Source: Eukaryota sp. TZLM1-RC (lineage: Eukaryota; Protista; Metamonada: BaSk clade). From it: a DNA stretch of 64,000 bases. This document shows, piece by piece, positions 11,520 through 23,318 of the stretch (positions within the stretch are counted from its first letter, which is position 1; the number at the start of each line of letters is the position of its first letter). The notes under the pieces were generated by a model. It ran no database searches. It was given only the letters and a program-made list of their open reading frames with translations, and was not told the DNA's origin. The DNA lies in the NCBI GenBank assembly GCA_040285825.1, contig JAUPSS010000008.1:558001-622000 (forward strand), read 5' to 3'. Position numbers and translations under genes: made by a program.

Positions 11520-12170
11520 TCTTTCTTGGATGTTACCTAGGTTCTGCTGAAAAGAGGCTTAATAGGCTTAATTATTATTTGAATTCAATTAAGAAAGAGC
11601 TTGAAGTCATTGAGACCCTTGAATTGAAAAAGCATCTTCAATTTTTTCTTTTGAAAATGTGTTATTCCGGAAAATTACCCATTTACTTCGATCCATCATC
11701 GCTTTACGAATTTTGTAGACAATTCAGCAACATACGTTCAGTTGTTTTGGCTTTTTTAATGTCTGCTGATCCAACAATTTTGAAAATTCATATTTTTTCT
11801 GCTGTTCAAGTTAGCGGTGTTGTTTTAAAATCATCAAAGTATTTGACCAAAGCTGCAGAGACATCTTTTGAAAAATTTGAAAGTAAAGGTTTTATTGTTC
11901 GACTTAGTACGGCTAAGCAAGAAAATCCTACCGTTGCAAATTTTTTGATTGATCTAAAGGAGAGTTCATCTGAAGTTTTGTTGAACCAAATTCCCCAAAT
12001 TTATGGGTTATTTTTAAATGATGACCAATGACCTACTGCTATGAGAATGCGTTGCAATTTATGACCTTGCAATTTGTCCAACGATCATAAATGTAAATGC
12101 AAAACTCAACTGACATTACCACTTTTATTCAATTGCAACAGATTTATTACTTATCGTTCCATTTAATAGT
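11520..12170 (+). mobile_element. Decayed non-LTR retrotransposon fragment (post-RT region and zinc finger)
   Basis: KKHLQFFLLKMCYSGK resembles KHIKFIIIKLCFS at 24480; CKC..T..H..NC..FITYRS at about 12090-12160. Confidence 0.65.
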
Positions 12171-12369
12171 AATAGTTGAATCACCGTTATGTGACACAAC
12201 ACTACTTTTATGATTATTACTACTATATTCATCTATAATGAAAAGTACTTTGACTTTACACCACAGTATTCTAATTTAGTATTAAATTGAATATATTTTT
12301 AAAAATACAATCTAGAAATCACTACCTTCAAAACAAGCTTCCACACCATCAAACCGTACAACAGAATAG

Positions 12370-13480
12370 ACTTATAACTAATGGGAAAAAATTAATTGAA
12401 CCAAGATTTCCTCTACAAAATCTTGATCTGCTTGCTGTCTAGCTAAAGCTTCTGTTATTCGATTGAAAAACCTAGGTAATCTATTAATAATGGCAAATTG
12501 AATCCGAGGACGCCATAAAAATTATCAAATCTTTTCATTGTTTTTTCTTGAACCATTTTTTTGAAGTCATTCAAAAAAGTTTCTGCTTCTACTGATAGTC
12601 TTCCGTTTATCGAAAATGAGAAAGCAATAAAAACAAGCTGTGTATTTCTACTAGCATTAGCTTCTTCAATATCTTTATCATATTTTCTATGTTTTTCCTT
12701 TGCTTTAAAATCAAGAGCACTTACAGGATTAAGCTTTCTCCTTTGAACCAAAATGTCATTTGCAACATTAAAGGAGACAAAGTCAACACTAGCTTCAGAG
12801 TTCTCAATCCAATCACAGTATATATCACCTCTATCATCAGAACCAAAATTATTCAATGACAATGTTTCCTTCAGCGGAGGCTCTTTGATACACGATATTC
12901 TTGCAGTTTGTGCCATATTGAAAACAGTGTCTCCAGCAGCATCATGTAATGAAGAACGATCAGTTATCAATTTAGAACAATTCAGAGCATGGCGTAAATT
13001 GAGCTGAGGTGAATTCGAACAAATACATTTTTCTTTTGATAATAATTGATTAATGGCATTATTCAAATATAATCTCATTTTTGTTACAAATGCTTCATTA
13101 ATAGCACACAAGCCAAATCTTGGTGGTACAATGGTTACAAAAAATGAAGAATCTGATGACTTATTTTCACCAACACCCCTTTCCAATAACAATGAGTGAA
13201 GATCTTGATTTAAAACAGCCGAGCTGCATATATTTTCATAAAGATCATTTTCATACATTCCAGTCAATCGTTTCTGTAATGTTCGAAGAGTGTATTTTAA
13301 ATTTAAAAGATTCTTTTCTGGAATATTACCATTGAATGATTGGGGAAAGCATCGACTCCATTTTTCTACATTAATTTTTGAAATTTCTTTATTTAATGCA
13401 AAAATAGTCGAACTTTTTGTTGTTATCAATAAATCTTCTCAATCTGCAAATCTTTCAGAAAACTTCAGATTGAAATTCTA
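12370..13480 (-). mobile_element. RLE non-LTR retrotransposon (...EEILVQ* family), 5'-truncated
   Basis: CCHC CICSNSPQLNLRHALNC, RSSLHDA, EP, RGD..D, KAKEKHRKYD: zinc finger plus PD-(D/E)xK-type restriction-like endonuclease. Confidence 0.9.
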
Positions 13481-14119
13481 ATTTTGGGTGGTTCTTTAAT
13501 ACAAAACCAAACCAATGCAAACAAAACAAAAAGCAAATAAAAAGAGGATTAAACCAAAACAAATTAAAAAACAAACCGTTTTGCATTCTTAAATCTCATT
13601 TGTCTGACCCATATTGCTTAGTGTTTTGAGCTAATTTCCCAAATCAAATCTTCTCAAAAATTATCGGTACTGTGAACCATTTCTCTGCTCAATGTTTTCT
13701 ATTGTTTGCAACAGAGGTGAAAAGTAAATGTATTGTGACCAGTAGTGGAAAAATACAGAGTGTACACTGATTGCAGATATCTCCTTTGAATTTTGTGTAA
13801 AATGTTCCCATACAACCCAACGCCGGGAACGTGTCGTCAACAACCTGGACGACTGCTTGGCTTTGTTGAAGATTGTCCATAAGGAAGAAGTTGATGAAGA
13901 TTTGTGTATTAGATAGCAATCCAATTGTACATTTCAATTAGATTTTCAGTAAAAAGGTGAACTGACAAAAAGATACTATTTTGGTTCGATTTCGGTTTTG
14001 TCTACAAGAAAACAAAAAACCAATAAAGGAAAACTATTTACAACCCTATTTAATAAACAGCATTGTTAGAGGCCCCGAATTAAGTCGTTCAACCGACCTA
14101 GATCGCTGGTTGGTCGGCC

Positions 14120-14640
14120 GAAAATGTTAAGCCCGTTTTCGCTTATTTCCTGTTAGATGCCCAAAACAGTTCCTCTTAGTGATTAATTACTCAAAGTCGT
14201 CAAATTTATGGTTTACTGTAAAATGATAAAACCTTTTTTGTGAAATGTATCTTCAATGTTTTATTTGGCCTGATGACGTGTCTCATTATTTGATTGGTAA
14301 ATGTGGATCAAAAATTTCTCCAAATCATCCTTTTAATTGTAAACACTTTATTGCTTTCCGATGCAAAGTTCATGATGGATTAGGGGTACAACTCCATTGT
14401 GAGTCAAAGTCACACAGAATGGTTTCTTCTTTAGAACCATTGCTCTCTTGTTTGCTTGATGAAGACACTGTGAATTCTATTGGTCAAATAGTGGTGATTT
14501 AATACTTGAAGGTCTTGAAGGGACGACCATCATTACTGATATGAGATCCACTGATGTGTGTAATAATTCTTTTGCACCATTATCTCAAAGGAAATGAAAG
14601 GACTCCTTATCTGGTGCCAAAAAAACTAAATCAGCAAAAT
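14120..14640 (+). mobile_element. RLE non-LTR fragment (family of 63340-64000)
   Basis: KCGSKISPNHPFNCKHFIAFRCKVHD..EPLL; homologous to ORF 63487..63846; duplicated at about 17690-18210 on the minus strand. Confidence 0.8.
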
Positions 14641-14703
14641 TGCTATAGTTTTCGATCTTTGCACCCAGGCCTACTTCTAACATTGTATTTTCAATACATG
14701 TGA

Positions 14704-15504
14704 ATGATACTGTTGTTATGTACATTGCTTTTCACATACTGCTTCACATTTTCCACTGACGTTTCTACTTTTGCATTGATAATAGACACTTCCAGAACAT
14801 GGACTAATTACCGCCACTTCTGCAATGCTCTTTTCATTTATCAGTTGCTAGACCTACATAAGGATCATGTCATCTTCATTGCAGCTGATGAGTACTTAAC
14901 AGACCCTAAATTTAGAAGGCATTTGTCATTGGACGATATTAAATTTCTTCCTAAAGTTGATTACCAACAGTTTGAGGTTACGAGCAGTTTGATACATGAT
15001 CTGTTCACAAATTCCACTGACAGTCACTTGAAGAAGCGAATCCAACCATCTGACAGACTCTTTATCTATATCACTGGCCATTCCGGACCAAATTTTTTAA
15101 AGATTGCAGGGAAGGACCAGATGACCAGTGGTCAAATAGGCAAACTTCTCTGTTCCCTACACCAGTCCGATCCTCATAGGGAACTTCTTGTCATTTTTGA
15201 TACTTGCCATGGAGCCTCCCTCTTTGCTTCAATTCCATGTACTCTTCGTAATTCAGTTATGATTTCATCAAGTAATATGGGAGAAGATTCGTTTTCCTAC
15301 GAATACGATTACAATATTGGGACTCATGTAAGTGATAAATTCACAAAAAACTTTTTTATTTTACTTAAAAAACATCCCCAATTGAAATTAAATGATATTA
15401 AAGTGCTAGACAAAACTAAAATTGGAAGTACTATTGTTATTAAAAAGACTGAATTAGATAGAAATAATTGGAAATTCAGTGATTTCTTCAATAATAAAGA
15501 CTAA
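14704..15504 (+). CDS. GPI8: GPI transamidase catalytic subunit GPI8/PIG-K (peptidase C13), no C-terminal TM helix
   Basis: Signal peptide, DTSRTWTNYRH..NA, YITGHSG, IFDTC, GEDSFS, IGTHVSDKFT. Confidence 0.9.
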   Translation: MILLLCTLLFTYCFTFSTDVSTFALIIDTSRTWTNYRHFCNALFIYQLLDLHKDHVIFIAADEYLTDPKFRRHLSLDDIKFLPKVDYQQFEVTSSLIHDLFTNSTDSHLKKRIQPSDRLFIYITGHSGPNFLKIAGKDQMTSGQIGKLLCSLHQSDPHRELLVIFDTCHGASLFASIPCTLRNSVMISSSNMGEDSFSYEYDYNIGTHVSDKFTKNFFILLKKHPQLKLNDIKVLDKTKIGSTIVIKKTELDRNNWKFSDFFNNKD

Positions 15505-15515
15505 TTTCACGCTAA

Positions 15516-16058
15516 TCAATGTTCATAATCATCATATTGAGATTGATATTTGGCAATATGCTGACGATACTTGGATCCCTGAGTCCAAGTTATTGAATCT
15601 TCTAAATGCCGCGGTACTAAAAAAGCAGGGTCCATAATGGTATCTGTACCGACACGGATATGTCCATGTTCAATCATTTGGGTGGCAATTCGAGGGGAGT
15701 TGGCCATCTTGAGGCGGACCATGACGATAGGGAGACGACGTCTGCAGAATGCGGAAGCAGTGACCTTTTTGGCCACAAGTAGTGATTCCTTGTTTGTGAT
15801 AACTCCCATTGAGAAGAGCTTTGATAGAAGAGTAGTGGTCATTTTGATTCTGTGTTCATCTGTCTGTGGCATGAGTTCTAATTTGTTGGCAAGTTTAGTG
15901 ACCATACCGACTATTCTGTTATAATGTTCATAGTCAGCGCGATCCTGAATGTGGTACCTCCTCAAAATCTGGATTTCTCGAACACTGTTGTCCTTGCGGT
16001 AGTTGAAGAAGTCAACCTTTTTTAGAAGTTTTTGTTCATGATGCTTGAGAGTACGCAT
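15516..16058 (-). CDS. IMP3: U3 snoRNP protein IMP3
   Basis: MRTLKHHEQKLLKKVDF, SAFCRRRLP, IEHGHIRVG, DPAFLV (S4 domain). Confidence 0.97.
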   Translation of the reverse strand: MRTLKHHEQKLLKKVDFFNYRKDNSVREIQILRRYHIQDRADYEHYNRIVGMVTKLANKLELMPQTDEHRIKMTTTLLSKLFSMGVITNKESLLVAKKVTASAFCRRRLPIVMVRLKMANSPRIATQMIEHGHIRVGTDTIMDPAFLVPRHLEDSITWTQGSKYRQHIAKYQSQYDDYEH

Positions 16059-16107
16059 TTTGGGTTGATGGGGTGAAAACAATTCAAATTTCTTAGAAAA
16101 TCCAAAT

Positions 16108-16610
16108 TCATGTGCTTTTATCGGCGGATGCAGAAATGCAATATTTGAGTTTTCTGAAAGATTTGCCGATTGGGAAGATTTATTAATGACAACGCAAAGA
16201 TCTACTATCTTTGTATCATTTGAAGAAATTTCAATAATTGATGTAGAAAATTAGAGTCAATGCTTTCCCCAATCATTCAATGATAATATTCCTGAAAAGA
16301 ATTTATTTAATTTCAAAATACACTCTTCGAAAATTACAGAAACGATTGACTGGAATGTATGAAAATGATCTTTATAAAAATATATGCAGCTAGGCTGTTT
16401 TAAATCAAGATCTTCACTCACTGCTATTGGAAAAAGGTGTTTGTGAAAATCATTCATCAGATTCTTCACTGATTGTGACCATTGTACCATGAAGATTTGG
16501 ACTGTGTGCTAATAATGAAGCGTTTGTAACAAAAATGAGATTATATTTGAATATTCCCATTAATCAATTATTATTAAAAGAAAATTGTATTTGTTTGAAT
16601 TCACCTCAAC
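16108..16610 (+). mobile_element. 5' part of an RLE non-LTR copy, broken at the inverted-duplication junction
   Basis: Homologous to 24705-25210; ends at tcacctcaac. Confidence 0.85.
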
Positions 16611-16612
16611 TC

Positions 16613-16819
16613 ATGGTCCGCCTCAAGATGGCCAACTCCCCTCGAATTGCCACCCAAATGATTGAACATGGACATATCCGTGTCGGTACAGATACCATTA
16701 TGGACCCTGCTTTTTTAGTACCGCGGCATTTAGAAGATTCAATAACTTGGACTCAGGGATCCAAGTATCGTCAGCATATTGCCAAATATCAATCTCAATA
16801 TGATGATTATGAACATTGA
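16613..16819 (+). pseudogene. IMP3: 3' fragment of IMP3 (duplicate), fused in frame to retroelement codons
   Basis: MVRLKMANSPR..YDDYEH is identical to the IMP3 C-terminus. Confidence 0.9.
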
Positions 16820-16830
16820 TTAGCGTGAAA

Positions 16831-17628
16831 TTAGTCTTTATTATTGAAGAAATCACTGAATTTCCAATTATTTCTATCTAATTCAGTCTTTTTAATAACA
16901 ATAGTACTTCCAATTTTAGTTTTGTCTAGCACTTTAATATCATTTAATTTCAATTGGGGATGTTTTTTAAGTAAAATAAAAAAGTTTTTTGTGAATTTAT
17001 CACTTACATGAGTCCCAATATTGTAATCGTATTCGTAGGAAAACGAATCTTCTCCCATATTACTTGATGAAATCATAACTGAATTACGAAGAGTACATGG
17101 AATTGAAGCAAGAGGGAGGCTCCATGGCAAGTATCAAAATGACAAGAAGTTCCCTATGAGGATCGGACTGGTGTAGGGAACAGAGAAGTTTGCCTATTTG
17201 ACCACTGGTCATCTGGTCCTTCCTGCAATCTTTAAAAAATTTGGTCCGGAATGGCCAGTGATATAGATAAAGAGTCTGTCAGATGGTTGGATTCGCTTCT
17301 TCAAGTGACTGTCAGTGGAATTTGTGAACAGATCATGTATCAAACTGCTCGTAACCTCAAACTGTTGGTAATCAACTTTAGGAAGAAATTTAATATCGTC
17401 CAATGACAAATGCCTTCTAAATTTAGGGTCTGTTAAGTACTCATCAGCTGCAATGAAGATGACATGATCCTTATGTAGGTCTAGCAACTGATAAATGAAA
17501 AGAGCATTGCAGAAGTGGCGGTAATTAGTCCATGTTCTGGAAGTGTCTATTATCAATGCAAAAGTAGAAACGTCAGTGGAAAATGTGAAGCAGTATGTGA
17601 AAAGCAATGTACATAACAACAGTATCAT
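16831..17628 (-). pseudogene. GPI8: Second GPI8 copy with homopolymer frameshifts (real pseudogene or consensus errors)
   Basis: Matches 14704..15504 except for single-base losses in G/T runs around 17110-17225. Confidence 0.85.
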
Positions 17629-18849
17629 TCACATGTATTGAAAATACAATGTTAGAAGTAGGCCTGGGTGCAAAGATCGAAAACTATAGCAATTTTGCTG
17701 ATTTAGTTTTTTGGCACCAGATAAGGAGTCCTTTCATTTCCTTTGAGATAATGGTGCAAAAGAATTATTACACACATCAGTGGATCTCATATCAGTAATG
17801 ATGGTCGTCCCTTCAAGACCTTCAAGTATTAAATCACCACTATTTGACCAATAGAATTCACAGTGTCTTCATCAAGCAAACAAGAGAGCAATGGTTCTAA
17901 AGAAGAAACCATTCTGTGTGACTTTGACTCACAATGGAGTTGTACCCCTAATCCATCATGAACTTTGCATCGGAAAGCAATAAAGTGTTTACAATTAAAA
18001 AGGATGATTTGGAGAAATTTTTGATCCACATTTACCAATCAAATAATGAGACACGTCATCAGGCCAAATAAAACATTGAAGATACATTTCACAAAAAAGG
18101 TTTTATCATTTTACAGTAAACCATAAATTTGACGACTTTGAGTAATTAATCACTAAGAGGAACTGTTTTGGGCATCTAACAGGAAATAAGCGAAAACGGG
18201 CTTAACATTTTCGGCCGACCAACCAGCGATCTAGGTCGGTTGAACGACTTAATTCGGGGCCTCTAACAATGCTGTTTATTAAATAGGGTTGTAAATAGTT
18301 TTCCTTTATTGGTTTTTTGTTTTCTTGTAGACAAAAACCGAAATCGAACCAAAATAGTATCTTTTGTCAGTTCACCTTTTACTGAAAATCTAATTGAAAT
18401 GTACAATTGGATTGCTATCTAATACACAAATCTTCATCAACTTCTTCCTTATGGACAATCTTCAACAAAGCCAAGCAGTCGTCCAGGTTGTTGACGACAC
18501 GTTCCCGGCGTTGGGTTGTATGGGAACATTTTACACAAAATTCAAAGGAGATATCTGCAATCAGTGTACACTCTGTATTTTTCCACTACTGGTCACAATA
18601 CATTTACTTTTCACCTCTGTTGCAAACAATAGAAAACATTGAGCAGAGAAATGGTTCACAGTACCGATAATTTTTTGAGAAGATTTGATTTGGGAAATTA
18701 GCTCAAAACACTAAGCAATATGGGTCAGACAAATGAGATTTAAGAATGCAAAACGGTTTGTTTTTTAATTTGTTTTGGTTTAATCCTCTTTTTATTTGCT
18801 TTTTGTTTTGTTTGCATTGGTTTGGTTTTGTATTAAAGAACCACCCATA

Positions 18850-19985
18850 ATTAGAATTTCAATCTGAAGTTTTCTGAAAGATTTGCAGATTGAGAAGATT
18901 TATTGATAACAACAAAAAGTTCGACTATTTTTGCATTAAATAAAGAAATTTCAAAAATTAATGTAGAAAAATGGAGTCGATGCTTTCCCCAATCATTCAA
19001 TGGTAATATTCCAGAAAAGAATCTTTTAAATTTAAAATACACTCTTCGAACATTACAGAAACGATTGACTGGAATGTATGAAAATGATTTTTATGAAAAT
19101 ATATGCAGCTCGGCTGTTTTAAATCAAGATCTTCACTCATTGTTATTGGAAAGGGGTGTTGGTGAAAATAAGTCATCAGATTCTTCATTTTTTGTAACCA
19201 TTGTACCACCAAGATTTGGCTTGTGTGCTATTAATGAAGCATTTGTAACAAAAATGAGATTATATTTGAATAATGCCATTAATCAATTATTATCAAAAGA
19301 AAAATGTATTTGTTCGAATTCACCTCAGCTCAATTTACGCCATGCTCTGAATTGTTCTAAATTGATAACTTATCGTTCTTCATTACATGATGCTGTTAGA
19401 GACACTGTTTTCGATATGGCACGAACTGCAAGAATCTCGTGTATTAAAGAGCGTCTGCTGAAAGAAACATTGTCATTGAATAATTTTTGTTCTGATGACA
19501 GAAGTGATGTATACTGTGATTGGATTGAGAACTCTGAAGCTTTTGTTGACTTTGTCTCCTGCAATGTTGCAAATGACACTTTGGTTTAAAGAAGAAAACT
19601 TAATCCTGTAAGCGCTCTTGAATTTAAAGCTAAAGAAAAACATAGAAAATATGACAAAGATAACGAAGAAGCCAATGCTGATAGAAATAGACCACTTGTT
19701 TCTATTGCTTTCCCATTTTCTATAAACGGAAGACTATCAGTTGAAGCAGGAACTTTTTTGAATGATTTCCAAAAAATGGTTCAAGAAAAAACAATGAAAA
19801 GATTTGATAGTTTTTTATGGCGCTCTCGAATTCCATATGCCATTATTAATAGATTACTTCGGTTTTTCAATCGATTAGAGAAGCTTTAGCTAGACAGCAA
19901 GTAGATCAAGATTTTGTAGAGGAAATTTTGGTTCAATGAATTTCGTCCCATTAGTTATGATTTTATTTTGTTAAGTGTGTAAGTT
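18850..19985 (+). mobile_element. RLE non-LTR retrotransposon (...EEILVQ* family), chimeric
   Basis: 5' half mirrors 12965-13480; 3' half diverges from 12370-12965. Confidence 0.9.
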
Positions 19986-20349
19986 GTACCTGATCTTCAC
20001 TTCAGAAGTAAACTAAATCCACCAGATGCTCTCAAAATCTAGGTTTATTTTGTTTAGTGTTAAAGTTGAATATTAAAATTGGATCCAATATCAAAATTTG
20101 GTCGAATATCAATAGCAGAGTTTTTTATCAAACATAATCCGTTGACCTCACACTCACTGGAATCTGAAAATAAGATCATTGTTTTACAATTTATTTTCCA
20201 CAAAAACCAAAAAAAATTTGAACAGTACTTTATCAACTATGGAAAATATAGCCAAAAGTGAAAACAATATAAACAAAGCAGTAAAACTACAACGCTTAAT
20301 AAGATAGTGTACAAAAGTATAGATTAATGAAAATAACTAAATTAATAAT

Positions 20350-20718
20350 CTATTTAGAGAGTTTAAACGTAGGAATGCTGAGAGGCTCTTGACCGAGAAC
20401 ATCCCTTTTTAAAGGAACATCTGGTATTTCAGGCAAAACAAGGTCCTTCAAGACTTCAATCTCTGGTGTAATGATGTCCACTGGAGGCAAAGGTATGACA
20501 TAATCACCGTTGGATTGAGGAACAGGCTCCGGACATGAAACAGGTGAAGAATGGTCATGGTGAGGGTTAGTTAGTGCGGAAGAGGCGTGTATTGCGTTTC
20601 GAACAGCTGTATCATCTTCATTCATTGCAACAGCTAGTTGGGAAGTCCATAGTGATGTAAGGGAAAAGTCATGTGTATCAAAACAAGCAGTGTGGGGGCT
20701 AAGACGATCGACACCCAT
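20350..20718 (-). CDS. Hypothetical protein (122 aa)
   Basis: Clean ATG ORF, higher GC than its flanks, no recognised domain. Confidence 0.6.
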   Translation of the reverse strand: MGVDRLSPHTACFDTHDFSLTSLWTSQLAVAMNEDDTAVRNAIHASSALTNPHHDHSSPVSCPEPVPQSNGDYVIPLPPVDIITPEIEVLKDLVLPEIPDVPLKRDVLGQEPLSIPTFKLSK

Positions 20719-20800
20719 TCTTATAGATATTGTCTATTACAATGAAATAAGTGTCCTTTTTACACCAACGCAGAGGGACTGAGTTTTTAAGTGGAAGACT
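20710..20800 (-). ncRNA. Putative Fanzor right end / omegaRNA (family 1) abutting the ATG of the 122-aa gene
   Basis: About 90 nt similar to 33125-33216; GACACTTATTT can pair with GAATGGGTGTC, which contains the ATG. Confidence 0.75.
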
Positions 20801-20819
20801 TTCACCCTCAAAGTTTAAC

Positions 20820-21555
20820 CATTATATTTATTAAATTGGAACAATCAAATACACAACTAAAGCTCCACAACCTCAAAACCTGCATCTCCCACATCGAAAC
20901 AGTTAATTACTACAGATTCAGAAAATTTCCCAAAAGAAGAAAGTGAGTCAGAAATTAGTTTCACTACTCCCTTGTAAATGAAAATACAATCCTGTTTTGC
21001 CAGTAAACTCGATGGAAAATTCTGTCAGTCCTTTCCTTTAAAACTTCATTATAATCCTCGAGGAAAGCCATAGCAGCCTTACCTAAAGAACCAAGCAAAG
21101 AAAAAACAAAGGGACATAAATTATACTAGGTATGACAATTTTCATTGACAGAAGAAATAGGTTTCGCGTATTGAGCAATTTTGTAATGTTATTCAAAAAG
21201 AAGAGGGATATTGACATAAGAATTAATGAATGTTCATTAAAAGAATTACAAGGGTCAACAGACATGGCATTTAAAATGGTGAAACTTCCATTTAAGCCAG
21301 GAACAAACATCTCACCCCCTGTCAGAATCAACAAAGCTCTATTAAAGCGTGTACTGTCAATATTGGGGTTTTCACGAATTTGACAAAGATTTGGTCCCTG
21401 ACATTATTACGTACTTTACATCTAAATGTAATAAAATGTTTACAGTTAAGATGATCAAAATCAAGATTTTGTAGAGGAAATCTTGGTTTAATGATAGTCG
21501 TCCCATTAGTTATGATTTAATTTAATCAAGTGTGCAAATTCAATAAATTAATAAG
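20820..21555. mobile_element. Two RLE non-LTR fragments (minus-strand ...VEL* copy, plus-strand 3' tip) inserted between a Fanzor ORF and its right end
   Basis: 20850-21455 is homologous to 61419-62070; 21457-21550 is homologous to 25785-25870. Confidence 0.85.
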
Positions 21556-21579
21556 ATAGTTAAGATGATGAGTAAACAA

Positions 21580-22790
21580 AAATTTTCTCCTTGATACCCG
21601 TTTTTTTAAACCTTCATCTACCTTGCCTCTATCCAAGTATACTGGTCTATCTTCACCATTTACACGTGCTTCTATCACGGTCGACATATTTAGCGAAGCT
21701 TTTCGATCCCTATTGCACAAACTTTCGCATTATGTACACATGGTAAGCCCGTGACGAATAGACACCTCATGCCTCTTCCATGGCCTTGAATTTCTCGACC
21801 ATCGGAATGTTTCAACTGTTTTCTCCGCTTTCTTACAATTGACACAGCAACAATAACTGGTTCGAAACTCATCAATTAAAAGATCTGATAACCAGCCTTT
21901 TTAAATATAATTCTTAAATCTTTGGTTTTTTTAGGTTCTTTGAATTTCATGTGTTGTCGTTGTTCCCAGTCGCCAATTCCAATAACTACTTGACCTGGAT
22001 CACCAATTACTGATTTGAATCTCTTCATCATCTTCGCCTCAGATCTTGTGCGATCGATCTCAGCCCACCATCTTAGTTTCCTAAATATTTTTTGATAATA
22101 GACTTCACCAACAATACTATTCACAAAATTCTTTTGTTTGATATACTCCATATATCTATCAAACCTGCAGCTTTTGGAATTGAATTAGGATAAAGTTGCT
22201 TCCCAATTTGTTTCAGAATTAGTCGTGTGATCATTATTTCTCAAATTTAATGAGTAATCAATTTCGTGGGGAATATTAATTTCTTGAGGTACTTCACCTC
22301 TTAATAAACTAATTGTTCTTTCAGTCATTTGATTAATTATACTGCTGTTTAAATCCATCCTTTGTTGCTGCTCTTCAGATGGTTCATAATTGGATAGATC
22401 AATCACTCTACCAGTAGATTCACTTAATGTGATAAGAGTGTCATTCCGTATGCTGTCTCTTATTCTTTTGAATTTGGAACTTTTCGACTCAAATCTTTGT
22501 TGATTTTGAGTGTACATAAAATAAACATATTTATCTCTCTCAGGTTTTTTGAATGAGTCATTCCAGTAGCTAAATTGGCAGAAAAATAGAGTAGATCAGA
22601 TTTTCCTGGATCAGCAGCAGCAAGGGTCATATCTTGAAATTCAGAAGGATTAATGGTGCGGTCATCAATCCATTTTTCTTTTTCCTTCAATTCTTTTGCA
22701 GTTACCTTGTATTGTTTCAAGTTCATTCTGGATTGAATGAATGATACTGCTATTCCTTCAGTCTCGATGCTAGACATGATGTACTTTTTT
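21580..22790 (-). pseudogene. Fanzor1 pseudogene, 5'-truncated close relative of 31920-33130
   Basis: SIETEGIAVSF, RuvC-I LAAADPGKSDL, RKLRWW, VVIGIGDWEQ, RuvC-III NRDRKASLNM, GEDRPVYL. Confidence 0.92.
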
Positions 22791-23318
22791 GTCTTAACTG
22801 ATACAATATTTGAAATAATCAATTGAGTAATATTTTAAACGGCTTTAACCTAACCTCTTATACAGAGTAACCCTCAGCAGCCGAAGTAGAAAACAATTTT
22901 TACCTCCTTTGGTGAAGCATAAATTCTACATTTTGATTATCTACCGAAACAAAACCAGATTTATCAAAATAAATGAAGTGCCTCAATTTCCCATCACCGT
23001 TATCCACCTTTTCAAAAAAAGGCGATTAATTGAGACAGAGGACAATAACAAACCAAATAAATTAAAATAAATTTAGCACATGTATGAATTGAATTTTATC
23101 GAACTACAAATTTAATTGAACGAATTTATATTTTTACCCGAGTCAACTGTCCATGTTTTAATTCGGACTAAACAAATCCAGAAACAGCCATTTTTGTGCA
23201 AGAATGAAATAAACTGATGAAGTTCAAAAAAACCTACATACATATATGAGCTTGAAAGCATGTGGCCAATTGATACAAAACTACAATTCCATTGCATAAA
23301 ACAATATCAACAATAATA

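Larger units (their letters stand above)
12965..15724. repeat. Left arm of a ~2.75-kb inverted duplication
   Basis: Near-exact reverse complement of 16611-19370; outer boundary approximate. Confidence 0.9.
16611..19370. repeat. Right arm of the inverted duplication
   Basis: Reverse complement of about 12965-15724. Confidence 0.9.

Noticed and set aside
7498-15504. GPI-biosynthesis gene cluster (PIG-W and GPI8)
   Set aside because: Two genes about 6 kb apart with unrelated sequence between; chance proximity is sufficient
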